Assembly: GCA_964464285.1 (NCBI GenBank)
Contig: CAYXFL010000001.1
Span: 46,897 to 110,896 of the forward strand
Length of the DNA: 64,000 nt
Direction of reading: 5' to 3'
Source: an uncultured Conexibacteraceae bacterium
GTDB lineage: Bacteria; Actinomycetota; Thermoleophilia; Solirubrobacterales; 70-9
Below the pieces are notes generated by a model. The model saw nothing but the letters and a program-made list of their open reading frames with translations. It was not told where the DNA came from and ran no database searches. A program made the translations under genes and the position numbers. Shown piece by piece: positions 52,634 through 60,921 of this stretch. Every line of letters starts with the position of its first letter. Positions within the stretch are counted from its first letter, which is position 1.

Positions 52634-53349
52634 GCGAGGCGCAGCCGCGGCACCCGCCAGATCGCCTCGGCGACGATCGCGGCGTTCATCTTCGAGCTGC
52701 CGCGCTGGCGTTCGTGAAAGGTGATCGGCACCTCGACCACGCGGCCGCCCAGCCGGATCGCGCGGTAGGTCATCTCGACCTGGAAGGCGTAGCCCTTCGA
52801 GTCGACCGCGTCGAGGTCGATCGCCTCCAGCAGCTCGCGGCGGAAGCACTTGAAGCCGCCGGTCAGGTCGCGCACCCCGACCCCGAGCACCGCCCGGGCG
52901 TAGACGCTGCCGCCGCGGCTGACCGCACGCCGCAGCGGCCCCCAGTCGCCGATCCCGCCGCCGGGCACGTAGCGCGAGCCGATCGCCAGGTCGGCCTCGG
53001 CGCTGGCCGCGAGCAGCCGCGGCAGGTCGGCCGGGTCGTGGGAGAAGTCGGCGTCCATCTCCAGCACCAGGCCGGCTCCGGCGGCGAGCGCGTGGCGGAA
53101 GCCGGCGATGTAGGCGGGGCCGAGCCCTTCCTTGCGCGGCCGGTGCAGGACCTCGATCGCCGGCTCGGCGGCGGCCAGCCGGTCGGCGAGCTCGCCGGTG
53201 CCGTCGGGGGATCCGTCGTCGACGACCAGCACGCGGGCGCCGGCAGGCAGGTGGGAAATCGCCGCCGCCAGCAGCAACTCCAGGTTGTCTGCCTCGTTGT
53301 AGGTGGGAAGGACCAACCAGGCAGGTCCGCGAGCGCCGACGTCGGACAT
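52612..53349 (-). CDS. ppm1: polyprenol-phosphate mannose synthase (Ppm1/DPM1-type GT2)
   Basis: VLPTYNEADNL, VVDDGSPDGT, GLGPAYIAGF, EMDADFSHDP, TGGFKCFRRE and GYAFQVEMT. Confidence 0.85.
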   Translation of the reverse strand: MSDVGARGPAWLVLPTYNEADNLELLLAAAISHLPAGARVLVVDDGSPDGTGELADRLAAAEPAIEVLHRPRKEGLGPAYIAGFRHALAAGAGLVLEMDADFSHDPADLPRLLAASAEADLAIGSRYVPGGGIGDWGPLRRAVSRGGSVYARAVLGVGVRDLTGGFKCFRRELLEAIDLDAVDSKGYAFQVEMTYRAIRLGGRVVEVPITFHERQRGSSKMNAAIVAEAIWRVPRLRLAQRRSSR

Positions 53350-53357
53350 CTCGCACG

Positions 53358-54935
53358 ATGCTATTAGCTACCTTGAAACCGGTGATTCGGATCGCGACGG
53401 CAACCGCCGTCCTACTCGCGCTGGTGGGGACCGGTAGCGCAGGGGCGGCCTCCCTGCAGCAGGTCGGCGTCTTCGACCAGCCGATCCACGTCACCTCCGC
53501 CCCCACCGACCCCGACCGCCTCTTCGTCAGCGAGCGCCGCGGCAAGGTGAAGGAAGTCCGCGGCGGCGTGGTCACCCTGCTCGCCGACCTCAGCGGAGCG
53601 GTCGGCTGCTGCGCCGGCGAGACCGGGCTGCTCTCGATCGCGATCGCCCCCGACTTCGCCACCAGCGGCCGCTTCTACGCCTTCTACACCGGCTTCGAAG
53701 GGGAGATCCGGGTCTCGGAACTGACCGCCGGGCCGGGCGGCGCCCCGCTCTCCTCGCTGCGCCCGGTGCTGCAGATCCCCCACCCCGGCCAGAACAACCA
53801 CTACGGCGGCCAGCTCCAGTTCGGGCCCGAAGGCCTGCTCTACGTCTCCACCGGCGACGGCGGCGGCCAGAACGACGAAGGCCACAACGCCCAGAACCCG
53901 GAAAGCCTGCTCGGCAAGATCCTGCGGATCGACCCGCGGCCGGCCGGCCTCGCCCCCTACTCGATCCCGGCCGGCAACCCGTTCGCCGGCGTGCCCACGT
54001 ACGACCCCGCGATCTGGAGCCTCGGCCTGCGCAACCCCTACCGCTTCTCCTTCGACCGCGAAGGCAGCGCGATCGCGATCGGCGACGTCGGCCAGGACGG
54101 CCGCGAGGAGGTCGACTACGCGCCCGGCCCCGCCGCCGGCAAGGGCGCCAACTACGGCTGGAACTGCATCGAGGGCATCCTGCCCGGCCCGGCGACCGAC
54201 CCCCGCTGCGCCGAGGTGCCGCCCGGCGGCTTCACCCCGCCGCTCTTCGACTACGGCCACAACGAAGCGGGGATCGGATCGCGCTGCGCGATCGTCGGCG
54301 GCTACGTGGTCCGCGACCGCGCCCTCGGCAGCCTCTTCGGCCGCTACCTCTACGGCGACTACTGCGGCGAAGACCTGCGCTCCTTCGACCCGGCGAACCC
54401 GCGCGGCACCGACCGCGCCGAGTACGTCGGGCTCGGTCGCCAGCTGACCTCGTTCGGCGAGGACTCCTGCGGCCGCCTCTACACCGCCCAGGCCGGCGAA
54501 GCCTCCCAGGGCGGCGGGCGCGTCGCGATGCTGGTCGGTGAAAACGGCGCCAACGCCTGCAAAGAGGCGGCGCCGCGCAGCTTCTCGATGGTCGGGATCA
54601 AGGCCCAGAGCCGCAAGCTGAAGAAGCGCACGCGCGCCTCGATCACCGCCTGGGTCTCCCCCTGCGCCGGCCGCCGCGGCGAGCCGGTGAAGCTGATGCG
54701 CGGCCGCACCCACCTCGGCACCCGCCGCCTCGACCGCGCCTGCACCGTCCGCTTCCGCCCCCGGATCACCCGCCGCGCCAACTTCCGCGCGACGATCGCC
54801 GAAGACGCCAACTACGTCGCCGCCACCTCACGCAAGCTCAGCGTCGTGATCCGCCACGCCAAGGGCGCCAAGAAGCCCCGCAAGCACTCCCGCGGCACGC
54901 GGCGCTGGGCCATGGCCCGGCCCTCGATGGGTTAA
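53358..54935 (+). CDS. secreted PQQ-dependent (soluble aldose/sorbosone) sugar dehydrogenase-like beta-propeller with basic C-terminal extension
   Basis: A signal peptide is followed by GLLSIAIAPDF, NHYGGQLQFGPEGLLYVSTGDGG, GLRNPYRFSFD and GDVGQDGREEV. About 130 extra C-terminal residues are rich in R/K. Confidence 0.75.
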   Translation: MLLATLKPVIRIATATAVLLALVGTGSAGAASLQQVGVFDQPIHVTSAPTDPDRLFVSERRGKVKEVRGGVVTLLADLSGAVGCCAGETGLLSIAIAPDFATSGRFYAFYTGFEGEIRVSELTAGPGGAPLSSLRPVLQIPHPGQNNHYGGQLQFGPEGLLYVSTGDGGGQNDEGHNAQNPESLLGKILRIDPRPAGLAPYSIPAGNPFAGVPTYDPAIWSLGLRNPYRFSFDREGSAIAIGDVGQDGREEVDYAPGPAAGKGANYGWNCIEGILPGPATDPRCAEVPPGGFTPPLFDYGHNEAGIGSRCAIVGGYVVRDRALGSLFGRYLYGDYCGEDLRSFDPANPRGTDRAEYVGLGRQLTSFGEDSCGRLYTAQAGEASQGGGRVAMLVGENGANACKEAAPRSFSMVGIKAQSRKLKKRTRASITAWVSPCAGRRGEPVKLMRGRTHLGTRRLDRACTVRFRPRITRRANFRATIAEDANYVAATSRKLSVVIRHAKGAKKPRKHSRGTRRWAMARPSMG

Positions 54936-54951
54936 GGGCGCTATAGCGCCC
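54936..54951 (+). terminator. stem-loop immediately after the stop codon (no T-tract)
   Basis: GGGCGC-TATA-GCGCCC is a perfect palindrome starting 1 nt after the TAA at 54933-54935. Confidence 0.4.
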
Positions 54952-54999
54952 GCAAGGCATCGAGCGCAAAATTCCAACGGACTTCGGAGCGCTTCGTTG

Positions 55000-55126
55000 G
55001 GAGGGGTCGGTGGTGTCCTTCGTACGAGCGGCGTTAGCGATTCGCCCAACTGCGCATCTCGGACGGGAGGGTTGCGATCCAGGCGAATTCGCCCAGCGAA
55101 GGTAGAAGGACACCACCGACCCCTCC
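55000..55126. repeat. 127-bp element bounded by perfect 22-bp inverted repeats (MITE-like or structured RNA candidate)
   Basis: GGAGGGGTCGGTGGTGTCCTTC (55000-55021) is the exact reverse complement of 55105-55126. The 83-nt interior contains the direct repeat ATTCGCCCA (55040 and 55086 regions). Confidence 0.7.
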
Positions 55127-55179
55127 GGCGGAAACCCCCCGAAGCACGCCGTCCCGCGGACGGCCTGTCCAGCCCCGCC

Positions 55180-56322
55180 TTAGGGCCGCGGCTTGCCGCG
55201 GCTGATCTTCACGAACGCGTGCCAGGCCGGCTTCGGCTTGAACCCGCTGCCTTCGCGGAAGAGACCGACCGAGTCGCAGAAGCTGCACGAGTCCTTGAGG
55301 TCCTTCCACGAGAACCAGTAGGCCGCTTTCAGGTTGAGGCGACCGCGGTTCTCGAGCATGTACGTGTAGGAGTCGCGCAGCTGCTTGACCTGACCGCGCG
55401 GGCCCTGCTCGAAGGCGACCTGCTGGAAGTTGTTCTCCGACCCCCAGCCAAGCTCGGTGATGTAGAAGCCGGGACGATCGCGGCTTTCCCTGGTCACCTG
55501 GTGGATCTCCTCGACCATTTCCTCGAGCGATTCCGCGTCGACCGAGTAGGGGTGCAGGGAGATCGAGTCGAAGCGGTTCTTGATCCCGGGGTAGCGGTAG
55601 AGCTGTTTGAGGAACTCCGCCGCGTCCATCCCTTTCGGGCCTTTCTGCTTCGGTTCGCCGAACAGGCCGCTGAGCATCACGTTGGCCTTCGGGTCGACCG
55701 ACTTGATCGCCGCCCCGGAGATGTTGATCAGGCGCGCGTAGCGCGGCACCGAGACGGGGTAGGCGAAGTAGAAGAAGTTGACCTCGTTCCAGATCTGCCA
55801 GTCGCGGATCGGCTGCGGCCGGCGGATCGCTTCGCTTTCGTAGGAGACGACGCCGGGAGCGCGCTCCGCCCAGAATTTGCCGCCCGGGCCGTAGCGGCCG
55901 ACCAGCGCCTTGAGGAACCGGGTCCAGTTGCCGCGCTGGCGCGCGTTGTCGACCGGCAGCCGCCGTTCGTCGCGGTTGAGCCAGCGCGGGGTGCCGTAGA
56001 CGAAGGGCAGCAGGCGCATCCCCTTGCGGCTCGCCGCCTCGACGATCGGGTCGAGGACGGCCCACTGGTATTCGCCCTTCTCGGTCGGCTGGACCGCCCC
56101 CCAGGGCACCAGCTGGCGGATGCTGCCGATCCCGCCGGCCCGCATGTATTCGAGGTCCTTTTCGGTGAACGCGCTCTGCGGGCCGATCCCGAAGAAGGTC
56201 TTCGGCGCGCGCGGCGGCTGTTTGGCGTCGCCGGGCTTGGCGCCGGCGACGAGCACCGTGGCGGTGGCGAGGACGGCGGTGAGCAGGAGGGCAAGCGGCA
56301 GGTATCTGTTTCGTCTGATCAT
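55180..56322 (-). CDS. secreted clan GH-A (TIM-barrel) glycoside hydrolase
   Basis: Signal/TM segment LPLALLLTAVLATATVLVAG. WQIWNEVN (acid/base NE motif) and FYITELGW (nucleophile E). Start at MIRRNRY (56322). Confidence 0.7.
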   Translation of the reverse strand: MIRRNRYLPLALLLTAVLATATVLVAGAKPGDAKQPPRAPKTFFGIGPQSAFTEKDLEYMRAGGIGSIRQLVPWGAVQPTEKGEYQWAVLDPIVEAASRKGMRLLPFVYGTPRWLNRDERRLPVDNARQRGNWTRFLKALVGRYGPGGKFWAERAPGVVSYESEAIRRPQPIRDWQIWNEVNFFYFAYPVSVPRYARLINISGAAIKSVDPKANVMLSGLFGEPKQKGPKGMDAAEFLKQLYRYPGIKNRFDSISLHPYSVDAESLEEMVEEIHQVTRESRDRPGFYITELGWGSENNFQQVAFEQGPRGQVKQLRDSYTYMLENRGRLNLKAAYWFSWKDLKDSCSFCDSVGLFREGSGFKPKPAWHAFVKISRGKPRP

Positions 56323-56398
56323 CGAGTCGCGCAGGGTAGCGGGCCGGTCCGGTTGGAACCCACCCAAAGGTCGGATGTAGCGGCGGCGGCCCAGGGGG

Positions 56399-56866
56399 TC
56401 AGTAGGTGCCGCCGAGCTTGCGGTGGTCCCAGCTTGCGGTGCGCCTGGCGACGAACTGGATCGCGACCCGCTTCGGCGCCTGCGCCGCCAGCGCCTCCCG
56501 CATCCCGGCGTCGAGCTCGTCGAGGCCCTCCGCATAGCGCAGGGTGAGCTCCTCGGCGAAGCCGAGCACGACCTCGGGGTCGCGGTGGATCACCGCCTCG
56601 GACTCGATCATCGCCCCGCGCAGCTCGCCGTACTCGTGGCCGGTCTCGACCAGCAGCGTCGCCCGCGGGTCGCGTTCGAGGTTGCGCACCTTCTGCGACT
56701 TCGCGTAGGTCCAGATCCAGATCTCGCCGGCGCGGACGACGAACCAGAGCGGCATCGAGTGCGGCCAGCCGTCCGGGCCGAGGCTGGAGACGACGACGAT
56801 CCGCTCCTCCCCGAGCAGCTCCTCCAGCTCGCCCTCGCCGAGCACGATCTGATCGCGGCGGCTCAC
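56399..56866 (-). CDS. pyridoxamine 5'-phosphate oxidase-family (PPOX class, probably F420/FMN-binding) protein
   Basis: Split-barrel family appearance, with GWPHSMPLWFV and C-terminal WDHRKL. GTG start. Confidence 0.65.
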   Translation of the reverse strand: MSRRDQIVLGEGELEELLGEERIVVVSSLGPDGWPHSMPLWFVVRAGEIWIWTYAKSQKVRNLERDPRATLLVETGHEYGELRGAMIESEAVIHRDPEVVLGFAEELTLRYAEGLDELDAGMREALAAQAPKRVAIQFVARRTASWDHRKLGGTY

Positions 56867-56879
56867 CGAGGGCAGTGTC

Positions 56880-57527
56880 TCAGGCGCTGGCCCAGATGCG
56901 GGTGAAGCGGCCGCGGAAGACCTCGACCAGCTCCGGGTCGAGCTGCGTCCCGGCCTCGGCGGCGAGCACGTCGAGGGCGGCCCGGTGACCGATTGCGCCG
57001 CGGTAGGGGCGCTGGGTGGTGAGCGCGTCGAAGGTGTCGCAGACCGCGATCACGCGGGCGCCGAGCGGGATCTCCTCGCCGGCGAGGCCGTCGGGATAGC
57101 CCTCGCCGTCGTAGCGCTCGTGGTGGTGGCGGACGATCGCGGTCAGCTCGGGATCGCCGAGGCCGGCGACCATCGCGGCCCCGATCAGCGCGTGGCGGCC
57201 GACCAGCGAGCGCTCCCAGCCGGTCAGCGCGCCGGGCTTGTTGAGGATCTCGCTGGGCAGCTTGGTCTTGCCGACGTCGTGGATCGCCCCGGCGCGGCGA
57301 ATCCGCCGCCGCTCGGTCCGCGTGAGCCCGAGTACGCGCCCGACCTCGCCCGCGTAGAGGCCGACCCGCTGCGAGTGACCGTAGGTCCCGGGCGCCCGGG
57401 ACTCGAGCGCCAGCACCAGCCGCTCGAGGGTGCGGGCGGTCGGCCCCTGGCCGATCCCGACGCGGCCAAGCAGGCGCTGCCCGATCGGCGGCTCTCCCAC
57501 GAGCGGGGTTTTCAGCAGCGCTTCCAT
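56880..57527 (-). CDS. HD-GYP domain protein (putative c-di-GMP phosphodiesterase)
   Basis: HSQRV, IHDVGK and HHERYDGEGYP are diagnostic HD-GYP motifs. Start at MEALLK (57527); the ORF extends to 57572. Confidence 0.85.
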   Translation of the reverse strand: MEALLKTPLVGEPPIGQRLLGRVGIGQGPTARTLERLVLALESRAPGTYGHSQRVGLYAGEVGRVLGLTRTERRRIRRAGAIHDVGKTKLPSEILNKPGALTGWERSLVGRHALIGAAMVAGLGDPELTAIVRHHHERYDGEGYPDGLAGEEIPLGARVIAVCDTFDALTTQRPYRGAIGHRAALDVLAAEAGTQLDPELVEVFRGRFTRIWASA

Positions 57528-57724
57528 CCAGTCCCTTCGACTCGGCCTCCCAGGCCGCACCGAGCTTCCCACTCAGCGCAGACTGCATCTTGTATCACAG
57601 CCCTACCCAATTCTAGCACTGAATACTCATGCCTTTTTACGGACATGTGTCCATCCGCACACTAACCGTCCCGGCGGTTGCGAAGCGGAACTGGTGCAAA
57701 GGAGGGTACTTGTCTTTGGCGGAA

Positions 57725-60115
57725 TTAGCGGGATCCGCGCGGGAGCAGCTCGAGCTCCTGCCACGGGCCCTCGCCGCACATCGGCTGCGTCCGCCCCTCG
57801 AGCCAGTCGGCCTGCAGGTCGTCGTAGTGGGGGCTGGCGGGGTGGCCGGACTGGCCGGTGAACATCTGCCAGCGCGAGCGGTCCGGGTCGCAGGGGTCGG
57901 CGACGATCCGCCAGCTCGGCGCCCAGACGGCGCGGTAGGGATCGTTTGGGTCGTAGGCGATCTGGCTCACCGTCTCCTGGGCGCCGCCCGCCCGCAGGCG
58001 CCGGTTGAGCAGCTTGCGCAGCAGCGGGTTGGCTTCGCCGAGCGGGTGCGGGAACTCCATCTCGTGCACGCGGCCCCAGCGCCAGGTGCCGGGGTCGGGC
58101 CCGAAGCGCTCCTCGAGGTCGTCGAGGGCGCCGGCCAGCGCCTCCAGCGCCAGCCCCTCCCAGGGCCGGCCGATCAGCTCCGGGTCGGCTTCCTCCCAGA
58201 GCGCCATCAGGTGCGAGTGCCAGCGCCAGGGCGAGGTCGAGTGGGCGGTGAAGCCGTTGTCGGAGCGGTCGAGCCAGCGCTCGCAGAGGTCGCGGTCGCC
58301 GATCGCCGCCCGCGCCACCTCGCGCGCCAGGCGCAGGATGAAGGCCTGGTAGATCGAGCCGGCGACGGTCTCGGTGTCGAGCCGCCCGTCCCAGCTGCGC
58401 AGCCGCTCGATCGCGCTGCGCTCGCGCTGGCCCTGCGGGTGCAGCCGCGCCAGCCGCGCCGCCGCCTCCAGCCCGGGCAGCGAGACGACGTCGGTCTGGA
58501 TCGACTCGAAGCTCTCGAGGTCGTGGCGCTCGCGCTCGGCCAGGCGTTCCTCGATCCGCTTGGCCCGGAACCCGTCGAGGTACTCGCTGGTGATGTGGTG
58601 GGGGTAGTCGTCGCCGACGATCCGGTTGTTGGCGGTGATCAGGTAGCCGCTCTCCGGGTCGACGACCTCGGCCATCTCCGCGTAGGGCACCGTGCCCTCC
58701 CACTCGAACTCGCCGCTCCAGCCCGGCTTCGGCAGGTCCGGGCAGCCGCCGCGGCGGATCGGGATGCGGCCGATCAGCTTGTAGCCGATCGAGCCGTGGC
58801 GGTCGGCCCAGACCATGTTCGAGGCCGGCGCGGTGTGGCCCTCGAGGCGGCGCACCAGGTCCGGCCCGGAATCGATCTCGAGCAGCTCGAACATGCCGGC
58901 GAAGGCGGTCGGCTCGTCGAGCGCCGCCCAGCGCAGCGCCAGCGGCTCGGCCTCGTCGGCACCGAGCGCCGCGTTGACGAGCGGCCCGTGGTGGGTCGAG
59001 CGAATCTCGATCGGCTCCGGCTCGCGCCCCTTCACCGGGATCTCCTCGCGCACCGTCTCGACCGGCAGCCACTCGTCCCCGAACAGGTAGCGGTCGCCCT
59101 CGATCCGCTCGACGAAGAGGTCCTGGACGTCGCCCATCGCGTTGGTGATCGTCCAGGCGACGTCGTTGCCCTGGCCCATGTAGATGCCCGGCATCCCCGG
59201 CAGCGAGGCGCCGCGCACGAAGCGCTCGCCGTGGCGCAGGCTGACCTCGTACCAGATGCCCGGCATGCTCGGGGGCAGGTGCGGGTCGCCGGCGATCAGC
59301 GGCATCCCGGTTTCCGAACGGGCGCCGCTGACCGCCCAGTTGTTGGAGCCGCTGGCCTCGGCGGCGAGCCCCATCGAGCGCCTGACCGCGTCGATCTGGC
59401 CGGCGATCGCGACCCCGTCGCCGCTCCACGCTTCCTGGCTGACGACCGGGTTGCCGCCCGGGTAGGTCGGGTCGAGGCGCGCGGTCAGCTCGGGCCCGAG
59501 CTCGCGCAGCATGTCGGCGCGGACCAGCTCGCGCTCCCAGTTGGTCGAGAGGCCGAAGGCGAGCAGCTTGCCGAGGCTGAGGATGTCGACCGGCTGCCAC
59601 GGCTCCCACTTCAGTCCCAGCAGGCGCATCTCGAACGGCGGCGCCTTCGCCTCGGCGGCGGCCGCGTTGACGCCGGCGCAGAAGCGCTCGAGCTGGGCGC
59701 GCAGCGCCGGGTCGAGCGCCGCCGCCTCGCGCTCGGCGGTGCGCCGGACCCCGAGCGTGCGCAGCAGCCGGTCGATCGGCAGCCCCTCCGGCCCGGCCAT
59801 CTCGCTGACCCGGCCGCGAACCACGCGGCGGTAGAAGTCGAGCTGCCAGAGCCGGTCCTGGCCGTGGCAGAAGCCGAGCCCGTAGTAGAGGTCCTCGCGC
59901 TCGTCCGCCTCGACGTGCGGCACGCCCCAGCGGTCGCGCCGCACCCGCACCCGGCCGGCCAGCCCCTCGAGCTCGATCGCCCCCTTCACCTGCGGCAGCG
60001 CCCGCCGCGCCAGCAGGTGCCAGAGCGTCGCCACCGAGGCGGCGGCGAGCCCGGTTCCGGCCACGCCGGCGAGCACCCCGATCCGCGCCGCCTTGTTGCC
60101 GCTCGAACGTGCCAT
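57725..60115 (-). CDS. penicillin acylase family Ntn hydrolase (S45; AHL-acylase-like)
   Basis: WGVPHV, GFCHGQDRLWQLD and GSNNWAV (the Ser nucleophile created by autoprocessing). 796 aa with an N-terminal TM/signal segment. Confidence 0.88.
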   Translation of the reverse strand: MARSSGNKAARIGVLAGVAGTGLAAASVATLWHLLARRALPQVKGAIELEGLAGRVRVRRDRWGVPHVEADEREDLYYGLGFCHGQDRLWQLDFYRRVVRGRVSEMAGPEGLPIDRLLRTLGVRRTAEREAAALDPALRAQLERFCAGVNAAAAEAKAPPFEMRLLGLKWEPWQPVDILSLGKLLAFGLSTNWERELVRADMLRELGPELTARLDPTYPGGNPVVSQEAWSGDGVAIAGQIDAVRRSMGLAAEASGSNNWAVSGARSETGMPLIAGDPHLPPSMPGIWYEVSLRHGERFVRGASLPGMPGIYMGQGNDVAWTITNAMGDVQDLFVERIEGDRYLFGDEWLPVETVREEIPVKGREPEPIEIRSTHHGPLVNAALGADEAEPLALRWAALDEPTAFAGMFELLEIDSGPDLVRRLEGHTAPASNMVWADRHGSIGYKLIGRIPIRRGGCPDLPKPGWSGEFEWEGTVPYAEMAEVVDPESGYLITANNRIVGDDYPHHITSEYLDGFRAKRIEERLAERERHDLESFESIQTDVVSLPGLEAAARLARLHPQGQRERSAIERLRSWDGRLDTETVAGSIYQAFILRLAREVARAAIGDRDLCERWLDRSDNGFTAHSTSPWRWHSHLMALWEEADPELIGRPWEGLALEALAGALDDLEERFGPDPGTWRWGRVHEMEFPHPLGEANPLLRKLLNRRLRAGGAQETVSQIAYDPNDPYRAVWAPSWRIVADPCDPDRSRWQMFTGQSGHPASPHYDDLQADWLEGRTQPMCGEGPWQELELLPRGSR

Positions 60116-60152
60116 GGCGGCAGTTTAGCCAGGACTGGCCAGGCAGCCAGTT

Positions 60153-60887
60153 TTACTCGCGGAGCTGCTCCGGGAGGCGCCCCTCGTGCTCGAGCTTTTC
60201 GAGGTGGGCCTCCATCGCCATCGCCGCCATCGGCAGCAGCTCGACCGGGACGTCGTTCCAGACGGTGGCGAGCAGCTCGGCGCGGGAGCGCTCGCCGGCG
60301 GCGAGCGCCTCGAGCAGGCGGCGCTCGCGCATCTCGCGGTGCTCGACGTATTCGGCCAGCTTCGCCGCCGGGTCGGTGATCCAGGGGCCGTGTCCGGGCG
60401 CGATCATCTCCAGCGGCTCGGCCTGGAGGCGGCGCAGCGAGCTCATGAAGGCGGCCAGCGAGTTACCGCCGGGCGGGACGATCGTCGAGCCGAGCCCGAG
60501 CACCAGGTCGCCGCTGAAGCAGACGCCGCCGGCAGCGAGGAAGGCGACGTGGTCGGCGGCGTGGCCGGGGGTCGCGACCGCGCGCAGGCCGCCGTGCTCC
60601 TCGCCGTCCTCGGGCAGCACCACCGCGGCGCCGAGCCGGCCGGCCCCGCTCGCGTGGTCGCCGTGCGAGTGGGTGAGCAGGACGGTGCCGATCCCGCCGC
60701 GCTCCGCCGCCGCCGCCTCGATCGCCGCCAGGTGGCCGGCGTCCTCGGAGCCCGGGTCGATCACCACGCAGGGCTCCGCCCCGTAGACGTAGGTGTTCGT
60801 CCCTTCCAGCGTCATCGGCCCCGGGTTCGGCGCCAGGATCCGCAGCACCTCGGGATGCCCCGGTGCCTCTTCGGTCGCTTGATGCAT
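60153..60887 (-). CDS. MBL-fold metallo-hydrolase
   Basis: LLTHSHGDHASG (HxHxDH) and TPGHAADH. Start at MHQATEE (60887). Confidence 0.85.
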   Translation of the reverse strand: MHQATEEAPGHPEVLRILAPNPGPMTLEGTNTYVYGAEPCVVIDPGSEDAGHLAAIEAAAAERGGIGTVLLTHSHGDHASGAGRLGAAVVLPEDGEEHGGLRAVATPGHAADHVAFLAAGGVCFSGDLVLGLGSTIVPPGGNSLAAFMSSLRRLQAEPLEMIAPGHGPWITDPAAKLAEYVEHREMRERRLLEALAAGERSRAELLATVWNDVPVELLPMAAMAMEAHLEKLEHEGRLPEQLRE

Positions 60888-60921
60888 CGAGCCGCCTATA
60901 GCCGGCCTAACGCGACGAGCG

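Noticed and set aside
57573-57724. AT-enriched spacer between the HD-GYP and penicillin-acylase genes, with GGACA-TG-TGTCC and a TAGAAT-like hexamer on the minus strand
   Set aside because: It is plausibly the HD-GYP promoter region. However, no convincing -35/-10 pair or repeated operator could be defined by eye, so it is not reported as a feature.
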